Position numbers and translations under genes: made by a program. This document shows, piece by piece, positions 1-12,448 of a stretch of DNA of 64,000 bases; the first letter of the stretch is position 1, and every line of letters begins with the position of its first letter. Where the stretch lies: the NCBI GenBank assembly GCA_965287045.1, contig OZ336874.1, positions 47,926,001 through 47,990,000 on the forward strand, given 5' to 3'. The DNA is from Carcharhinus amblyrhynchos (lineage: Eukaryota). The notes below the pieces were generated by a model that ran no database searches, was not told where the DNA came from, and worked only from the letters and a program-made list of their open reading frames with translations.

Positions 1-640
1 TCCCTGTGGCACTCCATGAATTGCAGCTTGCCAATCTGAAAAAGACCAATTTCTCCCTATTCTCTACCTTTTGTTAGCTAACCAGTTCCCTATCCATGTT
101 ACCCTCTACACCATGAGTTCTGATTTAATGTACTCTACTTCTGACACTTTATCGAATGCCCTTTAGAAATCCATTCATTTCACATTGTACAAGTGTCATG
201 TTATCCACTTTGCTTGTTGGTTCCTCAAAGAACTCTAATAAATTAGTCAAACAGGATTTCTCTTTCACAAAGCCATATTGACTTTGCCTGATCCCATTGT
301 GATTTTCTAAATGCCCTACTTTTGCTTCTTTAGTAATGGATTCTGGCATTTTCCCTAGAACAACCTTAGGCTAACTGGCCAATAGTTTCCTGCTTTCTGT
401 CTCCTTCCTTTCTTAAATAGAGTTGCTACTTCAGCGATTTTCCAATCTGCTGGGACTTTCCAGATTCCAGGAAATTTTGGAAAATGATAACCAATCCATC
501 CACTATCTCAGGAACTGCATCTTTTTGAAACCCAAGTATGAGAGCCATCAGTCCAGGGGACTTGTCAACTTTTAATTCTAGTAGTCTTCCCAATACCTTT
601 TCCCAGTGATTTGTTTTAAGTGCACCCCCTCCTTTACCGC
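1..640 (-). mobile_element. Degenerate CR1-type LINE ORF2 (RT) fragment
   Basis: ORF 149..349 contains QSQYGFVKEKSCLTNLLEFFE, matching QHGFIKGKSCLTNLLEFYE in the intact CR1 ORF at 37253-39232. Confidence 0.85.
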
Positions 641-664
641 TTGATTTTCAAATATCCTTGGGAT

Positions 665-892
665 AATCTCGTGATGTTCATGTCTTGAGCTGCCTTGGCC
701 CTAAACTTCAGAATTCCCTCCCCATCTCTCCCTGATCTCTCTGCCTCTCGAGCACATTTTCCTCCTTTAAATCACTTCTTAATACCGCCCTCTTTGACCC
801 CTTTGGTTATCTTCTTATCAGTTATCAGTGACATTAGTTGTTTTATTATGCCCATATGAAGAGCCTTGATATGTTTCAATACATGAAAGGTG
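665..892 (+). mobile_element. Old L2-like LINE 3' end
   Basis: ctgccttggccctaaact..aattccctccc..ctctttgacc..tgaagagccttg pattern; a similar copy lies at 21100-21400. Confidence 0.5.
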
Positions 893-1066
893 AATCATAG
901 GAACCCTACAATACAGAAAGAGGCCATTCAGCTCATCGAGTCTGCACCGACCACAATCCCACCTAGGCCCTACCCCCATTTTCCTACATATTTACGCACT
1001 AATCCCTCGGACACTAAGGGCAATTTTTAGCACGACCAATCAACCTAAACCCGCAGATCTTTGGAT
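893..1066 (-). mobile_element. HE1/V-SINE 3' fragment
   Basis: Reverse complement of the SINE tail (catag..ccctaca..agaggccattc..gacactaagggcaatttag) shared with full copies in this window. Confidence 0.8.
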
Positions 1067-1215
1067 GACCCTTTGTCAGAGTTCTGACGAAATGTCATCC
1101 AAACTCAAAACATTGGCTCTATTGTCTTTCCACAGATGCTGTCAGACCTGCTGAGTTTCTCCAGCATTTTCTGTTTCTGTTTCCGATTCCAGCATCTGCA
1201 GCATTTTGCTTTTAT
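1063..1215 (+). mobile_element. Penelope-like-derived short repeat with decayed hammerhead-type core
   Basis: tctgacgaaatgtcatcc..ctcaaaacattggctct..ccacagatgctgtcagacctgctgag. Related copies lie at about 9175-9300 (-), 26050-26150 (-) and 48560-48660 (+). Confidence 0.6.
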
Positions 1216-3042
1216 CTCAGAGTATGAACATAGCCAAGAAGTCATTTTAACAGAAAGACAACCTTCAAGCGTGTTAATTTATTATTATTGTATCACCTCC
1301 ACATATTGTTTTTGAAGTTAGACCCAGATATTTCAAACTGCTTAACTTTTCTGTTCAGTAATAAGAGAGGTTATGAGTCAACTGTTGTACAGATCTTTAT
1401 CTAGCAAAGTCTGCATTTCATGTTGTTTTTATTGCTTGCTGTTTCTTCCTGGTGTTACCAATACTCAGACGAACCTACTCTTGTCAGGAACCTCTCTTTA
1501 ATTGCATCCAGAAATTTGGATCAAATAAAAAAATGAAGCCAACAGCGTTCAGTGAGGAGACTCGACATTCTGTCATTATTTTCAGTAACATACAAATCTT
1601 TATTAATGCTGCATGGTTTTTGTTTCATGTAAGTCAGTAAAGCGAGGCTGTGATTGAAATGGATGTAATTAAATGTGTACAGGGCATTTGGAGAAGTTTA
1701 CATGGAGCACAGTACTTTAAAATCTGGAGCTGGCACAGGATGAAATGACTTCTTGCCTGCTTATAATCAGTAATTTGAAGCCTCCAGTCTGGAAATGCAA
1801 ACTTGCATTTTGTAAAGGTACAAATTTTACAATCAGACGGTGATGATCTCATGTATGTTTCAGCAGCCCAAGTATCAGCATGAGCTGTTGCAAGGATGTC
1901 CTGAATATCAAGTCAGGATCATTGGTTTGACAGAGTGAGCTGAATCAAATAGAAAATCTTTATCCAGAATGTCAGTCAATCATCTGGCAAAATCACAAAG
2001 ACCCTGTGTTTATTTTTCTGTTTATATAAACATTGTAAATGCATCCAGGTTTTTCCAATGTGTGCGTAAACTTGATGTCCCTGTACATTCAAATTATGGC
2101 AACAGGAGTCAAACACTCTCTCTTTATTTTGGACCTTACAAATCTGATTTTCCTTTAAAAGAAAACAACATTGTTGATCTGGAGACACTGGAAAGGGGGA
2201 ATGCACACGAAGATACCTTCCCAGGCTGGGGAAGCAGTTCCCTTGGAGTTGTATGACTCATTGACTGCCAAGTAAATAGACACCTCACAGGCATAGCCCC
2301 TCTTCACAAACTGTACAGGAAACTGAAACATGTGTAATAAACTGCAGCTGAAATCCAACAAATCCAGTGCACGTGAATTTAGAAGTATAACCTTTCCTTC
2401 ACAAAACTAAAAAAACTTTCACCGCAGCAAGTCAACAAGAAAAAAAGTGGCAAAGCTTTACCTTTTTCTTAAAGAAAGGGCCATTTGAATTCAACCTTGA
2501 AGAAAGTGTATTTCCTCAAAGCTAAATCTGGATCACCTTATTCTCCTTGATTCAAATTTGAAGGTCGATTGTCCTCATAATGCTGTTTAGCAGAATGCTG
2601 AAATGGTTTGGAGAGACATTTAGCTTGACTGTGTCTAATTTTATAATTTTAAAGGAGTCTTATCCATATTCATAAGTAGCAGTTAATGGACTGTCTTCTA
2701 ATTAGAAAAGCATTTAGTGGTCGATCTAAAATTTGTGTGACAATGTAAACTGAATCAGTGGTCCACTTAGCATCTACCCATTTAATTCCCCTTGACTTCA
2801 ATCTCAACCCATGGAGTATTTTCAGATCAAAAATGTAGTGAAGACAAGAATGAAAAATGTTCCTCATGCCCTTCCTATTAATGCAGCTGTCTGTATTATC
2901 ACAAATTACTTGCTTTCCCATTATTACCAAATCTGTACTTTGATGGTGATCAGGTAGTACCACATTTCAGTTATTCTTAGTCCTACTATGCCCTTGGCCG
3001 TTATTAAATATTTACCTTCTAAAGTGTGCATACCTCTTACAG

Positions 3043-3200
3043 CTCTCCGAGACGCCAGCAAGCATTCCATTAATAGTGACTGGAAGATTGAACATCCGGG
3101 AGCATTTAACATTGCTGGAACGACCGTGCATTATGTAAGGAGAGGATTCTGGGAAAAGATTTCTGCTAAAGGTCCAACCACATCTCCTCTACATCTACTG
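3043..3200 (+). CDS. ADAMTS19: ADAMTS19 internal exon (spacer domain)
   Basis: Acceptor cttacag|CT and donor CTG|gtaagg; 158 nt. Encodes (A)[52 protein letters not shown], which closely matches the ADAMTS19 spacer as I recall it. ADAMTS17 is the nearest paralogue. Confidence 0.93.
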
Positions 3201-4252
3201 GTAAGGCCTTGAGAAGTTTTATCTTTTTCTACTCCCATTTCTTGCAATGTCTTTGTGAGGTATTACATCGGGGAATGACTTGTTCTCTTCACAGCAATAA
3301 AGGTTCAAGGGCTGATTTTCCTCAATCATTAAAATTGGAATTGAGTGACACATTGGATGGTATCATAAGGATTGATTTCAAAGGGCTAGATTTTCAGTGT
3401 GGAGGTGGGAAGTGGAAATCAACCCACATGCAACGGGGGCGTGGGGAGGGGACAGAAATGGGCCTCGGGTTACTCCGGGACAACAATTCAATTGCCACGG
3501 AAACAAGTTGGCAGCTAAATAATGGCTGCAGGGGTGGCAACACAGGGTGGAGGCCTGTCAGCTGAAATGCAAGTTTGATTTGAACTCATCACGGCAGCCA
3601 TTACTGTGGCTCATGTTTCACTGCTGCAACTGCACAGTGAAGAATCACAGTGTAATCACCACACGCACAAAACCTCATTTTCACAATGTCTCAAGAGAGC
3701 CAGAGGCCTAGAATCCGGGCTATGGCAGCTCCTTGATTTTTAGATGCATATCAACGACCCCTGGAGAATGTGGCAAACCTCATGAAGAGCCATTTGCAGG
3801 ATTCATTATGTAGCCTAGACCAGCCTCTGGCCATGGTGGCGCAGAGATGTTTGGGGAGGGTGCCAGTTTCACCCAGTTGATGGTTCTTTCCAACCATCTG
3901 TACCTTCAACCAAGGGCTGCGGATGTCACCAAGGAACATGATAGTGGCACCCATTGGGAGCATCACCCTCAGGCACCTTGGCTCCTTTGACAATGGAAGC
4001 CTCTGTGCAGCAGGATGAAATGATGGAGACTGTTCACACACATGCTGCAGCCTTTGAGGCGCATAGGCACCTCCATGATGAGGAACACCATCACAAGCAT
4101 CTCAGCTGCAAGCTCAAACCAGTGAGAAGGCTGACTCCACCTCATCTGAGTCCACAAAGGGATGACAGAGTGTGGAGACCACCTTCTTGCATGGCGAATT
4201 GAATGGGTCATTGGAGTATTTTCTGCCTGCAACTTTGCACTATTTTTCTTTC

Positions 4253-4530
4253 TTAGAATCGTAGAATCCTACAGTGCAGAAGGAGGCCATTCGGCCCACT
4301 GAGTCTGCACCAGCCACAGTCCCACCCAGGCCATATCCCCATAACCCCATATGTTTACTCTAGCTCGTTCCCCTGATTCTAAAGGGCAATTTAGCATGGC
4401 CAATCCACCTAACCTGCACATTTTTGAACTGTAGAAGGAAACCCAGGCAGACACAGGGAGAATGTGCAAATTCCACAAAGATGGTGACCCAAGCCGGGAA
4501 TCAAACCCGGGTCCCTGGCGCTGTGAGGTG
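4253..4530 (-). mobile_element. HE1/V-SINE (tRNA-derived)
   Basis: B-box-like gggaatcaaacccggg on the reverse strand, V-domain (gcagacacagggagaatgtgcaaa) and a CR1-like tail. Confidence 0.85.
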
Positions 4531-4687
4531 AGCTATAAGTATCAGTGTAACCAAAAGGTACTGCCAGTGGCCAATGGTGCGTCACCGCCCCCCCCACCTC
4601 CTCTGCTGGAAAACATGCTGAAGTGGGATCGGAAAATCCCGCCCATTATAGTTTGTTGGTTTGCATAATTTAAATTTGGGAGAACCA

Positions 4688-4965
4688 TAGGAGCATAAGA
4701 TGTAGGAATGGAAGTGGGTCATTCAGCCCATTGAGTCTGCTCCACCATGCAATGAGATCATGATTGATCTGTTGTGACAATCCTTTATTCCAATTTCCCA
4801 CCTTATCCCCATAATTCTCGATTCCCTTACTGATTAAAGATGTCTGTCTCAGCCTTGAATATATTTAATGACCCAGCCCTCTGCGGTAAAGAATTCCACT
4901 GATTCAATACCCCCTGCACAGAGAAATTCCTCCTAATATCTATTGTCAATCGGTGATCCCATACA
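4688..4965 (-). mobile_element. CR1 LINE 3' end fragment
   Basis: cataagatgtaggaa..gtcattcagccc..gagatcatg tail, resembling the tails at 8174 and 37153. Confidence 0.75.
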
Positions 4966-5814
4966 CAAAAAAATGTGGAGCCTTCCTCTTAGCTAGTTAA
5001 ATGGTTTGGTAGAGTCCATATAGTAATGAGTTGCATATAGTATGTGGAAGGACAGGCTTGATGTTTAAAGTGTCTCTTTCTGTTCAACCCTTTCTTTTGA
5101 CTTCATGATAAAAATGTGAATAAAACTGCAGTCAGTACATTTGAACATGAGTAGAATTTGTTGGAAATAAACCTAGTATGTGTTGTCCAAGTCATTTTAT
5201 TATATTGAAAATGCTATTACATCTTTATTCCATTTGAAAACAAGGTCGGCCAACAAAAAAAAAGTATTGAAATAAATTAAAGCTGACTACAAAAATTCTT
5301 AGAGCTATGATTTTGCAAATGGAAAGTTTGTTGTCAAAGCAGGTACATCGAGTAAATGATTAAACAGGAGCATTAGTTTTGGAGGATGTCACATTCCTAT
5401 CCAAATAATCAACGGAACATTAAATGGTTTAAATTAAACCAAATTGTAAAACTAATTCAAATATAAGAGCTGAAAGATTTGGCTCCATTGCTTAGCTGGG
5501 GTTGGCACTACAGAAGCTGGAGGCCCTGTGTATGGGGTGCACAGTGCAGGTGGTGCCCCGGACTGGGATTGGGCACTGGCGTGGGCATGCCACCTGTGTG
5601 CCAGAAGATTTCCAGCTGGCCAGATCAGAATGTCAAGCAGCCTTTCTAGATCATTTGACACATGTATTCAACACTATGACCTGACAGATCCATGGAACAA
5701 ATTTGCTTGTCATTCAACAAAGAGTGCATATTTTGTTACAAGAAGGACTGCCCACAAACCACCCTACCAGCTTTAAAGTGATCAGTTCAGCAAACTGATC
5801 ACTGGCAGACTGAG

Positions 5815-6785
5815 CTCATAGAGTTATAGAGGTTTACGGCATGGAAACAGGCCCTTCTGCCCAATTTGTCAATGCCGCCCTTCTTTTTAAACCCCTAAGT
5901 TAGTCCCAATTGCCTGCATTTGGCCCATATCCCTCTATACCCATCATACCCATGTAACTGTATAAATGCTTTTTAAAAACAAAATCGTACCCGCCTCGAC
6001 TACTACCTCTGGCAGCGTGTTCCAGACACTCGTCACGTCTGTGTGAAAAAATGGTCCCACTGGACCCTTTTGTCGCTCTCCCCTCTCACCTTAAACCTAT
6101 GCCCTCTAGTTCTGCACTCCCCTACCTTTGGGAAAAGATATTGACGATCTACCTTGTCTATGCCCTTCATTATTTTATAGACCTCTATAAGATCAGCCCT
6201 CAGCCTCCTAAGGGGCAATTTAGCATGGCCAATCCACCTAACCTGCACATCTTTGGACTGTGGAAGGAAACCCAGGCAGACACAGGGAGAATGTGCAAAT
6301 TCCACAAAGACAGTGACCCAAGCCGGGAATCAAACCCGGGTCCCCGGCGCTGTGAGGTGAGCCATAAATATCAATGTAACCAAAAGGTACTGCCAGTGGT
6401 CAATGATGCGTTACCCCCCACCTCCTCTGCTGGAAAACATGCTGAAATGGGACTGGAAAATCCCGCCCATTATAGTTTGTCGGTTTGCATAATTTAAATT
6501 TGGGAGAACCATAGGAGGATAAGATGTAGGAACAGAAGTAGGCCATTCAGCCCATCGAGTCTGCAGAGGAAAAAGTCGCAGTCTATCCAGCCCCTCCTTG
6601 TAATTCAAACCATCAAGTCCCAGTAGCATCCTAGTAAATATTTTCTCATTTAATAATATCCTTTCTATAATAAGGTGAGCAGAACTGTACATAGTATTCC
6701 AAGTGTGGCCTTACCAATGTCTTGTACAAGTTCAACAAGACATCCCAACTCCTGTATTCAATGTTCTGACCAATGAAACCAAGCA
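5815..6785 (-). mobile_element. CR1 LINE 3' fragment interrupted by a copied segment (6209-6563)
   Basis: Encodes LRADLIEVYKIMKGIDKVDRQYLFPKVGECRTRGHRFKV; colinear with the sibling at 19155-20090 on both sides of the insertion. Confidence 0.85.
6209..6563 (+). repeat. Direct copy of 4381-4740
   Basis: Same order of SINE piece, MITE end, unique spacer and LINE tail, with the same junctions. Confidence 0.9.
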
Positions 6786-7269
6786 ATTTCATGCTCCCCC
6801 ACTTCACCCCTTTCCCACTTTTACATCTGCCGGGGTGAGAGCGTAAGCTTCAGACCCAGCTCGTTATAAGTTACTTGTCTGCAAGTTTATGGATTTTCCA
6901 ATATCAAAACATTGTTCTCCAGCTGAGAATTTATATTTGAGACTATAGTAATGTCAGTTCCAATGTTCAGTCATAGAAAATTCAGCTCTATTGTGTCTGT
7001 GCAAGTGCTAACATCTTGTTGAGGTCTCCTACTTCTCATTTGTCTATGCATTGTAAAATTTCTGTCTGTTGTGCTTTTATTAGCTGCAATTAACCTACCT
7101 TAAATAGCCATTTTATGGCCTTGCAGTAATGCATTCCATATTTTAAATAAATGTTTGCATGAGCCTCTTCTAAACCCCCTTTTATGATTTCAAAACTACT
7201 CCTAAGTATCTGCGTCCTTATTATAAATGCAGCAACTGTAGATATATTTACACTACTTCATGGATTTTG

Positions 7270-7640
7270 GCACTAGTATCATTCCCTTCTCCCTCATATA
7301 TTTATCTAGCCCCCTATTAAATGCACCTATACAATTAACTTCAAATGTTGGTACGAATTCCATATTTTCACCACTCTTTGGGTCAAGAATTTTGTTTCTG
7401 GATGTGGTAGGGGATTTTTGGATTTTCTTGGTGACTATATATCTTATACTGATAGCCTTTAGTTTTGGTCCTCCTCACAAGTGGAAGTCTATCCATGTCT
7501 AGTACATTAAAAACTTTCATAATTTTAAAGACCCCCCTTAAGTCACTTTTAAGCCTTCTCCTTTCAAGATAAAAGGCGATCTGCCCCGTGTTCCTTTCCA
7601 TTGACTTCCATGTATATAGCAAGTGGTTTATCTCCTGCCT
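7270..7640 (-). mobile_element. Old CR1 LINE 3' fragment
   Basis: ORF 7383..7622 contains LERRRLKSDLRGVFKIMK..TKG, like the CR1 ORF2 C-terminus. Confidence 0.7.
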
Positions 7641-7951
7641 CCTGAATAGTTGTCCTACTGATATTGGATTTCAGTGTCTACCGTAATACCCTTTCTTATG
7701 ATGCAATAATTACCGTCAAAGCTTAATTGTTCCATCTTCCCATTCCCCCATCCCTTATTTTGCTTTCACAATCCCTTCTGAATATGTTATTTATCTCCCA
7801 ATTCTGCCTCATCTGAAGCCAAGTTTCTTTTGAAGTTGCAGCATCACACTACCCCATCGCTATAAATGTTTGTAGTTCTGCAATTTAATTCAGAATACTA
7901 GATGCATTTCTATTTAGACATTTCAACCTTATCCCATCATTACTCTCTGCT

Positions 7952-8162
7952 ATCGGCACAGTGGCTTTGTGCCAAATATCAGATTCAAAATGTTAACTCA
8001 CCACTAGGCAGCCTGGAGCCAATCCAATTTTTCCTACCAGAAAGACAAGACCTTAATGTGTTGAGAATTTTACTAGAAATACTTCCTCCAGTAGTGTACC
8101 CATTTTAAAATTAAAAGTGTGTTTGAAATAAATAATAAACCTGCTAACCAACAAGACAGGTT
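7952..8162. repeat. Left arm of ~210-bp inverted repeat (partner 10951-11160)
   Basis: ggcacagtgg..agattcaaaatgttaactcaccactaggcag..ccattttaaaa is the reverse complement of 10951-11160. Confidence 0.9.
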
Positions 8163-8173
8163 CTCCCTTATAT

Positions 8174-8852
8174 ACATAAGAACATAAGAACATAAGAAAT
8201 AGGAGCAGGAGTAGGCCATCTGGCCCTTCGAGCCTGCCCCGCCATTCAATAAGATCATGGCTGATCTGTCGTGGCTCAGTTCCACTTTCCCGCCCTCTCC
8301 CCATAACCCTTAATCCCCTCTCTTATCAAAAACCCATCAACCCGCTTCTTAAAAATATTTAGCGAGGCAGCCTCCACCACTTCAACGGGCAGAGAATTCC
8401 AGAGATTCACCACCCTTTGAGTGAAGAAGTTCCTCCTCAACTCCGTTCTGAACCGCCCCCCCTCTATCTTGAGGCTGTGCCCCCTAGTCCTACTGTCTTT
8501 TTTGAGCGGGAAGAGTCTTTCCACCTCTATCCTATCCATCCCATTCATCATCTTATACGTCTCAATGAGATCTCCCCTCATTCTTCTAAACTCTAACGAG
8601 TACAAGCCTACTTTATTCAGCCTCTCCTCATAGCTCAACCCCCTCAACTCCGGTATCAGCCTAGTAAACCTCCTCTGCACTCCCTCCAAGGCCAAAATAT
8701 CCTTGCGCAGGTGCGGCGCCCAAAACTGCACACAGTACTCCAGCTGCGGCCTCACCAATGCCCTATACAGCTGCAGCAAGACCTCCCTACTTTTATATTC
8801 AATCCCCCTCGCTATGAAGGCCAGCATCCCATTCGCCTTCCTGACCACCTGC
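8174..8852 (-). mobile_element. Young 5'-truncated CR1 LINE
   Basis: Open 194-aa ORF2 C-terminus and a (ttcttatg)n tail; differs from 37153-37830 by only about a dozen substitutions. Confidence 0.95.
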
Positions 8853-10207
8853 ATCAACATTTTTTTCCTTAACTCTATGTATTCTTAATTTCTCCCCATC
8901 TCCTCTTGGGTAAATCTCTCCCTCCCTATCCAGGAGTTTAGTAGCTAAAACTTGCACCCATGCCTCTAATTATTCTCTGGTGTAAGGAGATTTCTGTTCA
9001 TATGGGTAACAAGGCAACCAATCTTCATTTTTTCCCCAGTTGCTCTAAAATTGAACCAAGTGCCCAACACAATGTGAAACTATCTCTCCCACAGCACTCT
9101 TCCAACTACACGTTAAATTGTCTAAACTAAAACTTGGCAAAGGAAAAAGGGCAATCTGGTACCAACAATTTTCTAACAGCAAAATACTCTGAATGCCAGA
9201 AATCTAAAATAAAAACAGAAAATACCAGACATATCCACCAGGTCATGCAGCTTTTGTGGAGAAAGAAACGGAATTGGTCAATTACCTGACATCAGGACTC
9301 ATCAATTCTGTACCTTTCCCAAGTTGGAAATTGCCTTCTGAATGTGTAGCTTAAATGCACAAAGGTATTTGAAGAACTCAGTGCAGTTCCACTTGAACAA
9401 GTAGGCCTGTTGTCGCCAATGTTTAAGTGGAAGGAATTGTACAAACAGTTAACCATCTCAATAGGTTCAAGATGTGGACAATCACATTTGGGAAGTTGAC
9501 TTCTTATTAATTTCAAGGCTGTTATATGAAGGAATGACATACCTTGATATTTATGAGACTCCACCATTTCTGTATGTTGTTTTGGTTTGTAATTTCAGAC
9601 ACAGGTTCTGAGTAGAACCCATTTGTAAATGTTGAAATGATAATTACATAATTACAGTGCTGATGGACAGATATACTTTTATTTCCTCTTTCTTCCTGGC
9701 CACTTATGTATAACATAATCCGCACAAAAGTTTGACTATGCAGCTATTTGAATATTTCCATGTGCTGTGCAATAAATGAAAACGAAAACACAAATTCAAA
9801 GTTTATTTTGTTGCAAAGTTAACCATGTCGTATCCAATTGTAACAATGGAGACTAATATTGGACTAAAGCATTCAAAATGCATTCATTAAGGAAGTTACT
9901 TTTCATTCTGCACAACAACTAGATGAAAAGTGATGAAGAAGGTATTCAAAAGTTATTGCTTGTAATAAAAGACATAGATTCTGTAGCTGGCCAGTATTGG
10001 AATCATTTTTTCCAATTTTTTAAAATACCTGTGGAGCGTTGATCACAACCACGATACATCTAAGGCAACAGTTTTACTTTGTCGCTTTCATAGATCTTGG
10101 TCCTGAGCAAGGATGGAGTGGGATAGTTGTTCCCCTGCTGGTAGTATGCTTTCCACACTTTCAGTGGCATCGCTGCAGGGCAAATCTGTTTCCGTGGATG
10201 GCCAATA

Positions 10208-10840
10208 GTGGGGGTGACTCTCCCACCCCCACTGCACTAATTTTCTAGCGCAGTGGGATGGGAGAATCTCACAACCAGGCATGCATGGGATTCGCGCATG
10301 TGTTCCCGCCACGAATGCATCCCCCGGCGCAGGATTTCTGGCAATGTCAGAGCTGCACAGGAAACAGGCGGGAAGACCAGGTAAATAATTTTAATATTTC
10401 AGATCTGTTTTTAATGTGATTAGTGGGCCGGGACTGAAGTCTCCGGGCCCGCTAACATCTCCTACCCCCACCCCCCACAGAATGTTTCATGACAGCGGGG
10501 ATTGCACTAGCTTCCCACATTCAGGGAACTCTTGGGACGACCCCACTGGAGTGAAGGGAGGGGCAATCAGGGCCTCCTGGGGTGTCGGGTGGTGGAGGGG
10601 GTGCCCCCTTGGCATGGGCAGCCTGGGCCCCCTGACACTGCCCCGCAAACAGGCAGCTGACAGTTTGGGGCCACCGCACGCGCAGAGGTTTCACCCTCCC
10701 AGGTGGGAATGGGCCCCGTCCCTTGAAATCTAATGATATTCACATTGGTGGCCTCTCCAGTGCCCAGAGTGTGGGAGATTCTAGTCTAGTGTGAATTACT
10801 CCAGTTTTCCTGCAGAATTTTTTTGGGAGAATTCCGACCA
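10208..10840. mobile_element. Non-autonomous GC-rich DNA element (Harbinger-type MITE-like)
   Basis: GC/CpG-rich island with imperfect inverted ends (ggtgactctccca ... tgggagaattccgacc). Confidence 0.5.
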
Positions 10841-10950
10841 GTGTCTACCATTTACCGTGGAAAGTGACTTTAGCATAACTATCATCAATTCAAAGCCGCA
10901 TTTATTCCAGTAAAAGTCGACGTTTTTTCAGAGTTTGTAAATATTAAAGC

Positions 10951-11160
10951 AATCTGTCATATTGGTTAATAGGTTTATTATTTATTTCAAATATTCTTTC
11001 AGTTTTAAAATGGACGCAGTACTGGAGGAAATACTTATAGTAAAATCTCAACACATTAGGGTCTTGTCTTTCTGTTAGGAAAATTTGGATTGGCTTCAAA
11101 CTGCCTAGTGGTGAGTTAACATTTTGAATCTAATATTTGGAACAATGCCACTGTGCCAAT
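10951..11160. repeat. Right arm of ~210-bp inverted repeat (partner 7952-8162)
   Basis: Reverse complement of 7952-8162, roughly 85% identical by eye. Confidence 0.9.
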
Positions 11161-11509
11161 GCCAGCGATGGTTCCTTCGGGGATTAGCTCCGTATAGACA
11201 GTACGCAACAGCATGAAGCCTGTTTCCAAACTGAGCACATTACTGTTAAATTTAGCATCTTCAGCTTGATACTGTGTACTCTATGTCAAATTATTTATGA
11301 CTGCAAACCATATCAGCCAGTTACTCAGTTATGATCACCTTTTAACGTCTGCCAGACTTGAGATGCTCAATTTCCACAGTTCTGTGGCAGGTCTGTCATG
11401 AGCATAAGATCTTAAAACCTTTTGATATTTTAGCCAAATTGTGGGAAATATTTTCTATTGAGCGGTTCTCACTCTCAATTTTTTTTAAAAATAGGGCCAA
11501 ATAGTTTCA

Positions 11510-11755
11510 AGTTTTTTTAAAAGTTTTATTTATTCATGTCACAAGTAAGCTTACATTAACACTGCAATGAGGTTACTGTGAAAATCCTAGTCGCCACACA
11601 CTCTAGTGTCTGTTTGGATACACTGAGGGAGAATTTAGCATGGCCAATGCACCTAACCAGTATGTACTTTGGCTGTGGGAGGAAACCAGAGCACCCGGGG
11701 AGAACATAAAGACTGCACAGACAGTGACCCAAGCCAGCAATCACTGTGCCACTGT
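11510..11755 (-). mobile_element. V-SINE, alternative-tail subfamily
   Basis: V-domain followed (on -) by a cagtaacctcattgcagtgttaatgtaagcttacttgtgac..aataaa tail. Confidence 0.8.
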
Positions 11756-12364
11756 CAAATATCTATGGTTCTGGATGGGCAGTATTACAGATGGGAGATA
11801 AAGGAGAACATCGATTCATTAATGTTAGGACTGAACTTTTAAACTTACCATATGGTAACTATGCCCTAAAAAGGGGCATGTTCTCCTAGTTCCGCTCCAC
11901 TCCAATGGAATTCCCCAGGGCTATGCTGTATATTTCTATGAAAAGTCAGCAGTGTTAGGTTGGAGGAGTTTTCAACTCCAGAGCAATTGGACAAACACGA
12001 CTGCTGCTCGGAAGATCTGGGAATTTGATTTTCATGCACGACCTGGCTCCAACTATGCCACCCACTACACTGGGACAGTAGGTTGACTAACAGAGTGCAA
12101 AATGGCAACATTTGTTGTTCATTGTTGTTTCACTTCTTGCACCCAATAGTGAAAAAAGCTGACTTTCATCTGCTCCCTTAATGAATGTTAACTGAAACAG
12201 GTCACTGGATTGTCGCCAGAGGCTTATAGCTTGAAGGGGTTGAGGGGCACCACTCTGCATTAAGCATGGCTGACCAGGAGGAAGCTTCCACTCCATTGGC
12301 TTATTGGAAGGATTTTGCAGGTTGATACTCGACATGTTTGGCCGCGTTATGAACACACCTTCCT

Positions 12365-12448
12365 TGGCTATCAAGACCTGAGGTGGGACTTGAACCTGGA
12401 ACTTCTGACTCAGAAACAGGGATGTTATCTACTGCACCACAATACCTT
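12365..12448 (-). mobile_element. tRNA-derived SINE head
   Basis: gggacttgaacc is a B box (GGTTCAAGTCCC) on the minus strand, with an A-box-like segment upstream. Confidence 0.55.

Noticed and set aside
3382-4240. Third Harbinger coding remnant (ORFs 3751..4041 and 3954..4202)
   Set aside because: It has a MITE-like left end and faint resemblance only; no diagnostic motif could be read with confidence.
7952-11160. Tc1/mariner element with ~210-bp TIRs
   Set aside because: No TA TSD next to the cagtg ends and no transposase remnant recognised inside; kept only as an unexplained inverted duplication.
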